In this document: positions 10,468 to 20,242 of the stretch, in pieces
How positions within the stretch are numbered: the stretch's first letter is position 1
Layout of the letters: every line of letters starts with the position of its first letter
Assembly (NCBI RefSeq): GCF_039945315.1
Contig: NZ_JBDUXB010000049.1
Location: 21,891 to 85,890, forward strand
Direction: 5' to 3'
Length of the DNA stretch: 64,000 nt
Source: Tateyamaria sp.
Lineage (GTDB): Bacteria > Pseudomonadota > Alphaproteobacteria > Rhodobacterales > Rhodobacteraceae
Position numbers and translations under genes: made by a program
Notes under the pieces: model-generated
Told to the model about the DNA's origin: nothing
What the model saw: the letters and a program-made list of their open reading frames with translations, nothing else
Database searches by the model: none

Positions 10468-11793
10468 TTAGTCCAGCAGTGCGCCCTGAAGTGAATTCGA
10501 ACCTGACCCAATAATCTGAACGCGCCGCAAGTCTCCCGTTTGCACTTTGGGGTCTGCGACGTGGACAGCATGCAGGTACTCGCTTTTGCCAACCATCTGA
10601 CCGGGGAGGCGCCCAGACTTTTCGAAAAGTACGCGAACTGTCCGCCCAACCATACCTTCCTGAATGGCGCGCTGTTGCTTGGTGATCAACTGTTGCAGGC
10701 GTTGCAGCCTCTCGTCGGCCTCTGCTGCATTCACTTGCGCGCGTTCAGCCGCAGGTGTCCCCGGCCGGGTCGAATATTTGAATGAATAGGCGTAGCCGTA
10801 ATTCACGGCCTCAACTAGATCGAGTGTCGCCTGAAAATCTTCTTCCGTTTCTTCCGGGAAGCCAACGATGAAGTCTCCAGACATCAAGATGTCCGGGCGT
10901 GCTGCGCGGATACGTTCAATCATCCGCAGATAGCTTTCGGCAGTGTGGCTGCGGTTCATCCGCTTCAGGATTTTGTCACTGCCAGACTGCACAGGTAAGT
11001 GTAGGTATGGCATCAGCTTCTCGCATTCGCCATGTGCCGCGATCAGGTCATCAGTCATGTCGTTGGGATGGGACGTGGTAAAGCGGATGCGCTCGAGCCC
11101 GTCGACCTTATCGAGATCCCAGATCAGTTTAGCCAGGGTGTGATCCGAGCCATCCGGTCCGGCGCCGTGATAGGCATTCACGTTCTGGCCCAAAAGCGTG
11201 ATCTCACGCACGCCCCGTTCAACCAGATCGCGGGCCTCATCCAGAATGCGGGCAGCCGGACGGCTGACTTCGGCACCACGGGTGTAGGGCACCACGCAAA
11301 AGGCGCAGAACTTGTCGCAACCTTCTTGCACAGTCAGGAAGGCTGAAGGTCCACGCGCAGCCTTTGGGCGAGTTTTCAGACGCTCAAATTTGTCTTCCTC
11401 GGGGAAATCCGTATCGATCGCTTTCTCGCCCGAGCGCGTCTTGGCCTCCATTTCTGGCAGGCGGTGATAGCTTTGCGGGCCAACCACAAGGTCGACCGCC
11501 GGTTGGCGGCGCATTATCTCGGCACCTTCAGCCTGGGCCACGCACCCAGCCACGCCGATTTTCAGGTCGGGCTTTTCAACCTTGAGCGCTTTCATGCGAC
11601 CGAGTTCGGAGTAAACCTTTTCCGCCGCTTTTTCCCGAATATGACAGGTGTTGAGCAGGATCATATCCGCCTCGCCCGCCTCTGTGGTCTCCTCATATCC
11701 CTGCCCGCCCAAGGCCTCGGCCATGCGTTCGCTGTCATAGACGTTCATCTGGCAGCCATAGGTCTTGATAAAGAGCTTTTTCGGCGTCGTCAT
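10468..11793 (-). CDS. miaB: tRNA-i6A37 methylthiotransferase
   Basis: N-terminus [18 protein letters not shown], radical-SAM [11 protein letters not shown] motif and a TRAM C-terminus. Start set at MTTPKK. Alternatives are 11802 (ATG) and 11844 (GTG). Confidence 0.93.
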   Translation of the reverse strand: MTTPKKLFIKTYGCQMNVYDSERMAEALGGQGYEETTEAGEADMILLNTCHIREKAAEKVYSELGRMKALKVEKPDLKIGVAGCVAQAEGAEIMRRQPAVDLVVGPQSYHRLPEMEAKTRSGEKAIDTDFPEEDKFERLKTRPKAARGPSAFLTVQEGCDKFCAFCVVPYTRGAEVSRPAARILDEARDLVERGVREITLLGQNVNAYHGAGPDGSDHTLAKLIWDLDKVDGLERIRFTTSHPNDMTDDLIAAHGECEKLMPYLHLPVQSGSDKILKRMNRSHTAESYLRMIERIRAARPDILMSGDFIVGFPEETEEDFQATLDLVEAVNYGYAYSFKYSTRPGTPAAERAQVNAAEADERLQRLQQLITKQQRAIQEGMVGRTVRVLFEKSGRLPGQMVGKSEYLHAVHVADPKVQTGDLRRVQIIGSGSNSLQGALLD

Positions 11794-11908
11794 GGGGCGC
11801 ATCCAGGTGTTGAAGGGATCAGGTTGGCGATCTAGCAGCGGCACGGCTCTCTTGCAATGCGTGGCAGATTAACCGAATGAAAGGGAGAAACCGTGAAGAT
11901 CTAGCCTG

Positions 11909-12775
11909 ATGCACTACGACAGCCTCTCCACGATGATCAAATCCACCGCTGCGGTGCCGCCGCAGGGGCCAGTGGCTTTGGTCCTTGTCGAGGACGATGT
12001 GGAAGTCGGCACCACTCTGCGCCATCACCAGCAGATTGGGTTCAAATCGCTCATCGCCTGCATGCCGCGCAGCTTTACCCTGCCCCGTGACCTGGAAGAC
12101 TCCGTGATCCGGGTTGACTATGACATGACAGCTCCGGCCGCCATGGAAACGGCTGTCAATCTGCTTATCACGTCGCTGCCCGCTGACACGTGGATGTATT
12201 ACTGTTTTAACGCCGAATACTTGTTCCATCCGTTTTGCGAGACGCGCACGGTCGGCGAAATGCTCGCCTTTCATGCTGAAGAGCGGCGGTCTGCGATGCT
12301 GACATACGTGATCGACCTTTACGCGGACGATCTGCATGAATTTCCCAATGCGGTGGCCCTCGAGCGGGCATATCTGGACAAATCAGGCTATTACGCGCTC
12401 GCCCGCCCTGATGAGAAAGAGCATCCGAAGGAACGTCAGTTGAGCTTTTTCGGCGGGCTGCGATGGAGGTATGAAGAACATGTACCGGCAGCCCGGCGCA
12501 AGATCGACCGGATTGCCCTGTTCAAGACCAAGCCGGGTCTCAGCTTGCGTGAGGATCACACGTTTTCGGACGAGGAATACAACACCTATGCCTGCAAATG
12601 GCACCACAACCTGACCTCGGCGATCTGTTCATTTCGCACCGCCAAGGCCCTCAAACTGAACCCGGGCAGTACCTTTGATATCCCTACGTTCACGTGGCAC
12701 AACTCGGCGCCCTTTGAGTGGCATTCGCGCCAGCTCCTTGATCTGGGGTTGATGGAGCCGGGGCAGTGGTTCTAA
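11909..12775 (+). CDS. hypothetical protein
   Basis: 288-aa ORF with coding-like composition that fills the gap. No motif I can name. Confidence 0.6.
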   Translation: MHYDSLSTMIKSTAAVPPQGPVALVLVEDDVEVGTTLRHHQQIGFKSLIACMPRSFTLPRDLEDSVIRVDYDMTAPAAMETAVNLLITSLPADTWMYYCFNAEYLFHPFCETRTVGEMLAFHAEERRSAMLTYVIDLYADDLHEFPNAVALERAYLDKSGYYALARPDEKEHPKERQLSFFGGLRWRYEEHVPAARRKIDRIALFKTKPGLSLREDHTFSDEEYNTYACKWHHNLTSAICSFRTAKALKLNPGSTFDIPTFTWHNSAPFEWHSRQLLDLGLMEPGQWF

Positions 12776-12897
12776 GAGCCATCGCGGTTTTGGGGCACCA
12801 TGCCGCGCATCGATAATTTTACGAAGGCAGTGAACGGCCCGGCTGGACGCGGCAGTCCAGAGAGCAAGCAACGCACTGCAGACCCCGACCCGCTTGG

Positions 12898-13503
12898 TTA
12901 GTCTGCGAAGAAGGTCGCCAACGCGTCGATCTCTGTTTGGCGCAACTCATGCCCACCCTCGTGCACTTCCTAGCGCACGTCCGCGCCTTCGAACTTGAAC
13001 CACGCAATCAACTCTTCGCTCATTGGCCAAGGCGTGATCGGATCGCGTTGCCCTGCAGTGACCAACACGCGGCGGTCTTTCATTTGGGGCGTGGTGACCG
13101 GTGCCCAAGTGACCAGAGGATGCAAAAGAGCAACCCGGTCAAACAGATCGGGACGCTGCAAGAAAACAGACGCCAGTATGTTCGCCCCGTTCGAATAGCC
13201 GAAGGCGTAGACTGGGCTTGCGGGGTGATCTGTGCGATGGGCTATTACAAAGGCGATCATCTTGTCACGAGCCCGGGCCAAATCGTCCATGTCATAAACG
13301 CCCTCTCCCGTGCGCCGAAAGAATCGCGCCGCACCCATTTCAGATACGTCCCCTCGGGGCGAGACAACGCCCGCCTTCGGAACCAGATGGCCGGCAAGCT
13401 CAAAGAACTGATGCTCATCCCCGCCAGTCCCATGAAAAGCAAAGACCAGCGGGCGTCCGGCTTCGGGCGCTTTGACAAGCGCCTCATACGAAGTTGTTGT
13501 CAT
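12898..13503 (-). pseudogene. phospholipase/carboxylesterase-family alpha/beta hydrolase interrupted by an in-frame TAG
   Basis: The 177-aa ORF carries GYSNG (nucleophile elbow) and GQRDPI (Asp) and stops at TAG (12972-12970). The same frame then continues EVHEGGHELRQTEIDALATFFAD-TAA (stop at 12900-12898). That continuation is the expected catalytic-His C-terminus. Confidence 0.7.
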
Positions 13504-13514
13504 GGCACCCTCCG

Positions 13515-14450
13515 TCAGTTTGCGATTGGCGGCAGTCCCGCCTCGATCTTGGCGCGAAGCGGTTCGTAACGGGTCGGCAGTTTGAGCGCCTCACCCAGAT
13601 GTGCCGTGTCTTCATCCCGATCAAAACCGGGTTCGTTCGTGGCAATCTCAAACAGCACACCGCCGGGGGTGCGGAAGTAAATCGCCCAGAAATAATCGCG
13701 GTCGATCACAGGTGTAACCTGATAACCAGTGTCCATCAGAGCCTCACGCACCCGCAATTGTGCGGCGCGATCCTCGACGGCAAAGGCGATGTGGTGGACG
13801 GACCCCGCTCCTTGGTTTGCAGTGGGGGCAGCGCCTGTCACCCGCTCAAGGTCAATGGTGTCTGCAGCATTGCCGCCTTCGATCACATAGCGGGTGACAT
13901 CGCCGGCGGTTTCGCCCTTTTGGTACCCCATGAACCCCAGCAACTCGCCCGTTGCGTCCACGTCGCGCAAACGGAACCGTGCCCCGTGAAAGCCAAGGAT
14001 GCCCGTATCGTAAGAGATACCGTTGCCTGTCCATGGCGCCCTGTCGCGCGCCTCGCTTTCGACCAGCGCAAAGCCGTCGCCGTCCGGGCCATCAAAACTG
14101 AGCCGGGTTTCGCCAAAGGCGGTGTCTTTGTTCAGGCCCGTGACGCCCTGACTGGCAAGGCGATCGGACCAGAACCCAAGGCTGCCGGTTGGCACGGCAA
14201 ATTCGGTGATCCCAACCTCGCCCGCGCCACGGTTGCCTTTGGGCATTTGGCCAAAGGGAAAATAGGTCATGACCGAGCCGGGCGTGCCTGCCTCGTCCCC
14301 GTAATAGAGGTGATAGACGTCAGGTGCGTCGAAATTCACGGTCTTTTTCACCCGGCGCAATCCCAGCGTTTGCGTGAAAAATGCATTGTTGGTGTTGGCA
14401 TCCCCGGCCATCGACGTGACGTGGTGCAGTCCTTTGATATCTTTGATCAT
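13515..14450 (-). CDS. VOC-family ring-cleaving (hydroquinone-type) dioxygenase
   Basis: N-terminus IKGLHHVTSMAGDANTNNAFFTQTLGLRRVKKTVNFDAPDVYHLYYGDEAGTPGSVMTYFPF and a two-module glyoxalase fold, similar to B. subtilis MhqA/MhqO-type enzymes. Confidence 0.8.
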   Translation of the reverse strand: MIKDIKGLHHVTSMAGDANTNNAFFTQTLGLRRVKKTVNFDAPDVYHLYYGDEAGTPGSVMTYFPFGQMPKGNRGAGEVGITEFAVPTGSLGFWSDRLASQGVTGLNKDTAFGETRLSFDGPDGDGFALVESEARDRAPWTGNGISYDTGILGFHGARFRLRDVDATGELLGFMGYQKGETAGDVTRYVIEGGNAADTIDLERVTGAAPTANQGAGSVHHIAFAVEDRAAQLRVREALMDTGYQVTPVIDRDYFWAIYFRTPGGVLFEIATNEPGFDRDEDTAHLGEALKLPTRYEPLRAKIEAGLPPIAN

Positions 14451-14511
14451 GGCTGGCTCCTTATTTTTGGTTCCATGTGCTTGTCGTTAGACATACCTGC
14501 TTGGGGGGCAA

Positions 14512-14539
14512 AATAAATGGACAAAGATATCCATTTATT
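14512..14539. promoter_or_regulatory. perfect 10-bp inverted repeat, candidate LysR-type operator
   Basis: AATAAATGGA-N8-TCCATTTATT in the divergent intergenic region between the dioxygenase gene (start 14450) and the LysR gene (start 14569). Confidence 0.5.
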
Positions 14540-14568
14540 ATTGATGAAAACGGAATTATGACTGCCGT

Positions 14569-15480
14569 ATGATCGAGTTGAAACCTATTAGGGTGCTGCG
14601 CGCGGTTTCTGACCTCAAAAGCTTTTCACAGGCGGCTCGCGCGCTTGACCTCGCACCTGCGTCTGTGACCCGGATCATCAACCAGTTGGAACAGGACCTT
14701 GGCGCGCAATTGTTGGTGCGCACCACGCGGCAGGTTGCGTTGACCAGCGCCGGGGCGACCGTCTTGTCCCGTTACCGCCCGCTGCTGGAAGGGTTCGAAG
14801 AGGTCACCCAAGACCTGCAACGCTCTATCCGCCCGGATGCGGGCCATCTGCGCCTGACTGCGCCCATTTCACTGGGCATCGCCTTGTTGCCGCAAGTTAT
14901 TGCGGGCTTTCGACTGGCCTATCCCGGCATATCGGTCGAGATCAATTTCACCGACACTCTGATCGACGTGATTGAGGAAAATTGTGATCTGGCGGTGCGT
15001 GTGTCAGGCCCACCCACAGACAAATCCACCATTTGGCGCAAGCTGTGTGAGGTGCCCCGGCGTGCCATCGCAGCCCCTGCCTTGTTTAACCGGCAGCCTA
15101 GTCCGCAACATCCCGACGATCTGATCGCCGCGCCATTGATGTCCTATGGTGCAAAGGGGGAACCGGAGCAGTGGTCCTTTGCCCGCGCCGGGGCGCAACG
15201 CACTGTCCGTGCGGGCAAAACCGTGATCTCGAACAATGGTGATTTTCTTTATGCCATGGCGCGGATTGGCGAGGGCATTTGTGTGCTGCCTGATTTTATC
15301 ACCGCAGATGGTTTGCAATCTGGCGCGGTGATCGAAGTTTTGCCGGACTGGTCCATTCCGTCTTTGTGGCTGACCCTGTTTTATCCACCCTACGAGCGCT
15401 TGCCCCCGGTGGTTGGCACCTTTGCCGATTATTTCGAGGCATTTATTGACGATCACCCGGATCTCCGCGTGCCTGTGTAG
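14569..15480 (+). CDS. LysR-family transcriptional regulator
   Basis: N-terminal winged HTH (SFSQAARALDLAPASVTRIINQLEQDLGAQLLVRTTR) and a LysR substrate-binding domain. Confidence 0.9.
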   Translation: MIELKPIRVLRAVSDLKSFSQAARALDLAPASVTRIINQLEQDLGAQLLVRTTRQVALTSAGATVLSRYRPLLEGFEEVTQDLQRSIRPDAGHLRLTAPISLGIALLPQVIAGFRLAYPGISVEINFTDTLIDVIEENCDLAVRVSGPPTDKSTIWRKLCEVPRRAIAAPALFNRQPSPQHPDDLIAAPLMSYGAKGEPEQWSFARAGAQRTVRAGKTVISNNGDFLYAMARIGEGICVLPDFITADGLQSGAVIEVLPDWSIPSLWLTLFYPPYERLPPVVGTFADYFEAFIDDHPDLRVPV

Positions 15481-15527
15481 GCGCGAGGCGATTTGGTTGG
15501 TGGCCCTTGAGTGAGAACGGACGTGCC

Positions 15528-16310
15528 TTAGGCAAGCAGCATGGGGAACCAGTCGCTGCGCAGCCGTTGCCCGGGCACCATGTCGTGCCCCGGGAAGGGC
15601 GGTGATGTTGGGCCGGGCCGCGTGACATAGTGCGCATCGTCCCCAACCAGCCGCAGCGAAAAGGCCCGTCTGCGCGCATCGCTGTGATTGCCCCGCGCGC
15701 CGTGCAGTGTGCGAAAGTGGAAGGCGACCGCGTCACCCGGTTCCATTTCAAATTCCACGATCCGCATCCCTTCGGCCTCTGGATCAGGGATTGCCATGTA
15801 GTCGCCTTCGAAAAAGGCGGTCTCTGACGCCCAGCGCGTGGGCAGCACGTCTTTTTCCCAGAGGTGAGAACCCGCCACGCAGCGCAAGGACGCGTCCCGC
15901 ACCGGATCGAGCGGTGACCAGAAGCTGACCGTCTGTGTCCCTTCGACGAAGTAATAGGGTGCGTCCTGATGCCATGGTGTCGCCATCGAGGTTCCCGGTT
16001 CTTTCACCAGCACGTGGTCATGGAACATTTGCACGGTGTCGCTGCCCATTAGCGTTGCCGCCGCGCGCGCGATGGCTGGATCGTGCACAGGTGCGTGGAA
16101 TTCCGGGATCCGTTCCCAATTGCAGTAGTCGTCAAAGAAGAGCCCGGTATCGCCCGCCCGGTCGTTGGTGGACGCATAGGGCCCCGGTTCAGCCATGTTG
16201 CGTGCGATGCCCGCCCGCAGGGTGTCCACATGATCGTCAAAGAGCCCGCGGATCAGCAAAACGCCGTCGGCCTGATAGGTGGCGGCGTCTTGCGCAGTGA
16301 CGTCAGTCAT
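15528..16310 (-). CDS. phytanoyl-CoA dioxygenase (PhyH) family Fe(II)/2-oxoglutarate oxygenase
   Basis: 260 aa with PhyH-like layout (WHQD, HGARGN regions). It starts 3 nt after the irr stop. Confidence 0.75.
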   Translation of the reverse strand: MTDVTAQDAATYQADGVLLIRGLFDDHVDTLRAGIARNMAEPGPYASTNDRAGDTGLFFDDYCNWERIPEFHAPVHDPAIARAAATLMGSDTVQMFHDHVLVKEPGTSMATPWHQDAPYYFVEGTQTVSFWSPLDPVRDASLRCVAGSHLWEKDVLPTRWASETAFFEGDYMAIPDPEAEGMRIVEFEMEPGDAVAFHFRTLHGARGNHSDARRRAFSLRLVGDDAHYVTRPGPTSPPFPGHDMVPGQRLRSDWFPMLLA

Positions 16311-16313
16311 GGG

Positions 16314-16733
16314 TCAGGGTTTGCGGCGCAGCCGGATCACCACGTCGACCGAGGCGATCTCGGCCCCGTCCGGTGCGTCTGGCAGTTGTGCGATCACCAG
16401 TTGATCGGATGGCGCGTCTGTCAGCTTGGCATCGTCTTCCCAGAAGAAATGCGGGTGGTCGTGGGCGTTTGTGTCAAAGTAGCTTTTGGAGCCGTCCACC
16501 ATCACTTCTTGCATCAGCCCGGCATCGCAGAAGGCGCGCAGGGTGTTGTAAACAGTGGCGAGAGACACGCCGTCGCCTTGGGATTTGGCCGCGTCAAACA
16601 GGCTTTCGGCGGTGACGTGGCGGTGCTGACCGTCGCCAATCAAGAGCGAGGCAAGCGCCATGCGTTGGCGCGTCGGGCGCAGGCCCGCGCCTGCGAGCCA
16701 TTTGGTTTCAATGTCCTGTTGACCCTGTGCCAT
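16314..16733 (-). CDS. irr: Fur-family iron response regulator Irr
   Basis: 139 aa with LRPTRQRMALASLL and SLATVYNTLRAFCDAGL (Fur-type wHTH) and an HDHPHFF His-rich motif. It is divergent from fabA, as in other alphaproteobacteria. Confidence 0.75.
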   Translation of the reverse strand: MAQGQQDIETKWLAGAGLRPTRQRMALASLLIGDGQHRHVTAESLFDAAKSQGDGVSLATVYNTLRAFCDAGLMQEVMVDGSKSYFDTNAHDHPHFFWEDDAKLTDAPSDQLVIAQLPDAPDGAEIASVDVVIRLRRKP

Positions 16734-16925
16734 CGTGATCCTCGTCTTCGTCGCTTAACATATAAGGTCGAAGGGGCCCGCAATTCAATTGAAAATCAGT
16801 GTTAACACATTATACCGCAGGGCTGTGGTCCCCCTGCCCTGCCCTTGCACAGACGGACCCGGCGATGCTAAACGGAGACCGACCCTGGGGCCCCTATAGC
16901 CCGCGCGCACACGAAGAGGCTGACC

Positions 16926-17435
16926 ATGGCAGATTATCCCACGAGCTTTGACAAAGAGGGCTTGCTGAAATGCGCCGCCGGAGACCTGTTCGGACCCGGC
17001 AATGCGCAACTGCCCGCACCGCCGATGCTGATGATGGACCGGATCACGGACGTTTCCGGCGACGGCGGCGCGCATGGCAAAGGCCACATCGTGGCAGAGT
17101 TCGATATCACTCCCGATCTGTGGTTCTTTAAATGCCACTTTCCCGGCAACCCGATCATGCCCGGCTGTCTTGGCCTTGACGGCCTGTGGCAACTCACTGG
17201 CTTTAACCTCGGCTGGCGCGGCTGGCAGGGGCGTGGCTATGCGCTTGGCGTGGGTGAAGTGAAGCTGAAGGGCATGGTCCGCCCGGACCGCAAAATGCTG
17301 ACCTACAAGATCGACTTCACCAAAGCGATCCAGACCCGCCGCCTGACCATGGGTGTTGCGGATGGCATCGTCGAGGCAGACGGCGAATTGATCTATGAGG
17401 TCAAGGACATGAAGGTCGCGCTCAGCGAGAGTTAA
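16926..17435 (+). CDS. fabA: 3-hydroxydecanoyl-ACP dehydratase/isomerase
   Basis: 169 aa with [24 protein letters not shown], the FabA active-site region. Confidence 0.95.
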   Translation: MADYPTSFDKEGLLKCAAGDLFGPGNAQLPAPPMLMMDRITDVSGDGGAHGKGHIVAEFDITPDLWFFKCHFPGNPIMPGCLGLDGLWQLTGFNLGWRGWQGRGYALGVGEVKLKGMVRPDRKMLTYKIDFTKAIQTRRLTMGVADGIVEADGELIYEVKDMKVALSES

Positions 17436-17866
17436 CCCATCGCACGTGCAACGCCTCGATTGCACACCTGACGCGACGTTCGAAGCTTCCCGTTAAGACC
17501 TGCAAAACAAGGCGCATCGGAGTGTCACACCCTGTACACACTGCGTGCACAGACCGTGCACCGCGCGGCATACGAATTGGCCTGCATCCTTATGTAAACG
17601 CAACGTTCGGTGGTGCTTGTTAACAGAAAGTGAACACCGTCCTGCCGCGGACGATCACCAGAGCCATCTGGCACCGTACGCTATGCGGGACAAAATGTGA
17701 ATTCGCAACAAATTCTTCGATGACGATTTTGGGCATGTGTGTTTTGCCATCAAATGCCAGTTAAAACAGATGAGGTTGCTTGACGACCTAGGTCCCGGAA
17801 TTTGATTTCTCCCAAGGAAACCACTATCTGGAGGTAACAACAAAAAAATAATCGAGCGGTTTCAGA

Positions 17867-18325
17867 ATGCTATCTTCCATGCACTCCACTTTGGGCGCAT
17901 TTATTAGTCCAATGCTTCGGCGACCTAAACGCTTGCAAATGGCGGCTTTGTGTCATCGCGGTCAGGGCGATGATAAAGAATACCTGTTGGTTACCAGTCG
18001 CGACACGGGCAGGTGGATTATCCCCAAAGGTTGGCCTGTTCGCGGGCTGAAATCCAATGAAACCGCTCTGCAAGAAGCATGGGAGGAAGCGGGCGTCAAA
18101 AACAGTTCGGCTTCAGCACAGCCCATTGGCAGGTATAACTATCAAAAACATCTGGGGGGCGGTTACGCGGTTCCGGTCGAAACATTGGTCTATTCAGTGG
18201 CAGTCAACGAACTTTCTGATGATTTTCCAGAGGCGCATGAACGAACCCGCAAATGGGTCAGCGCCACACTTGCAGCCGCCATGGTTCAAGAACCTGAACT
18301 CAAAGCTATTTTTTGCGCGCGATAA
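17867..18325 (+). CDS. NUDIX hydrolase
   Basis: Contains a PKGWP...ETALQEAWEEAGV Nudix box. Local GC is lower. The start codon is uncertain. Confidence 0.75.
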   Translation: MLSSMHSTLGAFISPMLRRPKRLQMAALCHRGQGDDKEYLLVTSRDTGRWIIPKGWPVRGLKSNETALQEAWEEAGVKNSSASAQPIGRYNYQKHLGGGYAVPVETLVYSVAVNELSDDFPEAHERTRKWVSATLAAAMVQEPELKAIFCAR

Positions 18326-18410
18326 ATATTCCTTTTTTCTTGATGGGCGAACGTTGATTTCTTGGTGCCCAACCCGTTAACGACCCTTTGGAAACGGGAG
18401 GGATTCATTC

Positions 18411-19895
18411 GTGACAGACAATCAAGGCGATCCACGCCATTTAGAAACGTTGGACCGCGACCTTGCGCGGTTCTCCAACCTTGAAACGGCAACCGCACTA
18501 GTCGGTAAGCCAATGGTTGGAATTGGCGTGTCATTCATCTTCGTTGTTTTGGCAGGCCTCACTGCGATGCTGTTCTTTGGCGATGCCAACAACACCTTTA
18601 TCGTCGTCGTTGCGGCGTGCCTTGGTGCCTATATGGCGCTGAATATCGGCGCCAATGACGTGGCCAACAACATGGGGCCAGCGGTGGGCGCAAATGCACT
18701 TTCAATGGGCGGAGCCATCGCAATCGCAGTCGTGTTTGAAAGTGCCGGAGCCTTGATTGCAGGCGGGGACGTAGTGTCAACTATCGCAAAGGGTATCATT
18801 GAACCTGAAAGCATGGGCACCGCAGATGTGTTTATCTGGGCTATGATGTCTGCCCTGCTGTCTGCGGCGCTTTGGGTGAACCTAGCCACCTGGATCGGCG
18901 CACCTGTGTCAACGACGCATTCGGTTGTGGGCGGTGTTATGGGGGCTGGAATCGCCGCCGCGGGCTTTTCGGCTGTGTCTTGGGGCACGATGTCTGGCAT
19001 TGCAGCGTCTTGGGTCATTTCGCCGGTGCTTGGCGGTGCGATTGCTGCTTTCTTCTTGTTCGTCATCAAATCACGCATCATCTACCAAGACGACAAAATC
19101 GCTGCGGCGCGCAAATGGGTGCCAATCCTAGTTGGAGTTATGGCAGGCACATTCGGGTCTTATCTGGCGCTAAAGGGCCTGAAAAAGATCATTAAGATCG
19201 ACATGCCAACCGCCCTGTTGATCGGCCTCGCCATCGCGATCGCCGTGTGGATGGTCATGATCCCTGTGATCAAAAAACAATCCGAAGGTTTGGAGAACCG
19301 CAACAAATCTCTCAAAGTTCTGTTTGGCATTCCGTTAATTGTGTCTGCCGCATTGCTGAGCTTTGCGCATGGCGCAAATGACGTAGCAAACGCAGTGGGT
19401 CCTTTGGCGGCCATTGTTCAAGTGTCCCAGTCTGGTGATTTTACCCGCTCTTTTAGTATCCCCGCCTGGGTTATGGTTATTGGAGCCTTCGGCATCTCGT
19501 TCGGGTTATTCCTGTTTGGTCCAAAACTGATCCGTATGGTTGGCGGCCAGATCACCAAACTGAATCCGATGCGCGCCTATTGTGTGGCCCTGTCAGCCGC
19601 GATCACCGTGATCGTGGCCAGCTGGTTGGGTTTGCCGGTCAGTTCCACCCATATTGCCGTCGGTGCCGTGTTTGGCGTCGGCTTCTTTCGCGAGTGGGAT
19701 GCAGAACGCCGCATCCGTACGGCGCGCCTCGTCATGCCTAACCGCCCACAATACGCCCCAGAGGAACGTAGGCGCCGCAAATTGGTGCGCCGGTCCCACT
19801 TTATGACAATCATTGCCGCTTGGGTTATCACCGTGCCAGCCGCCGCGCTTGTGTCTGGGATAATATTTTTCCTCATCAGCGTAACAATGACCTAG
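18411..19895 (+). CDS. PiT-family inorganic phosphate transporter
   Basis: 494 aa with the duplicated GANDVAN signature (twice). GTG start with GGGAGGG 8 nt upstream. Confidence 0.9.
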   Translation: MTDNQGDPRHLETLDRDLARFSNLETATALVGKPMVGIGVSFIFVVLAGLTAMLFFGDANNTFIVVVAACLGAYMALNIGANDVANNMGPAVGANALSMGGAIAIAVVFESAGALIAGGDVVSTIAKGIIEPESMGTADVFIWAMMSALLSAALWVNLATWIGAPVSTTHSVVGGVMGAGIAAAGFSAVSWGTMSGIAASWVISPVLGGAIAAFFLFVIKSRIIYQDDKIAAARKWVPILVGVMAGTFGSYLALKGLKKIIKIDMPTALLIGLAIAIAVWMVMIPVIKKQSEGLENRNKSLKVLFGIPLIVSAALLSFAHGANDVANAVGPLAAIVQVSQSGDFTRSFSIPAWVMVIGAFGISFGLFLFGPKLIRMVGGQITKLNPMRAYCVALSAAITVIVASWLGLPVSSTHIAVGAVFGVGFFREWDAERRIRTARLVMPNRPQYAPEERRRRKLVRRSHFMTIIAAWVITVPAAALVSGIIFFLISVTMT

Positions 19896-20149
19896 TCGAT
19901 TTCGGACCACTTTGCAGCCTGCATCTGCAGGTCGCAATACAGACATTCGTACTCGTGATAGAGAATTTTTAAGAGGGCCCAATGCGGGCGTTCGCAGCGC
20001 AGGTATTGGGAGTCTGCTTTGGACTCAAAGCAGCCCTTCACGGCAGCACAGCCATCATGAAGTGGCAAGGCGGGCGGACAAGTGATTGGCTCATTACCAT
20101 GGCATTCATTCCCTGTGCGGCTACTTGCCCCTGCCCCACAGTCCTTCAT
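19892..20149 (-). CDS. possible small Cys-rich protein (low confidence)
   Basis: 85 codons from ATG 20149 (96 from 20182), with 9 Cys including a terminal ECLYC. It exactly fills the PiT/lipoprotein gap. There is no clear SD, and GC3 (about 59%) is lower than in neighbouring genes. Confidence 0.25.
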   Translation of the reverse strand: MKDCGAGASSRTGNECHGNEPITCPPALPLHDGCAAVKGCFESKADSQYLRCERPHWALLKILYHEYECLYCDLQMQAAKWSEID

Positions 20150-20242
20150 GGGCACGGCAAGAAATCGTGAAGGAGTGGGCATTTGCCGTCCAGCATGATG
20201 CCCCCTGACAACTGTATGGAGGTCTGACCCTTGCAGAGTTGA

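Noticed and set aside
13494-14516. 340-aa plus-strand ORF.
   Set aside because: It is antisense to the VOC dioxygenase gene. It has no motifs and a shadow-ORF composition.
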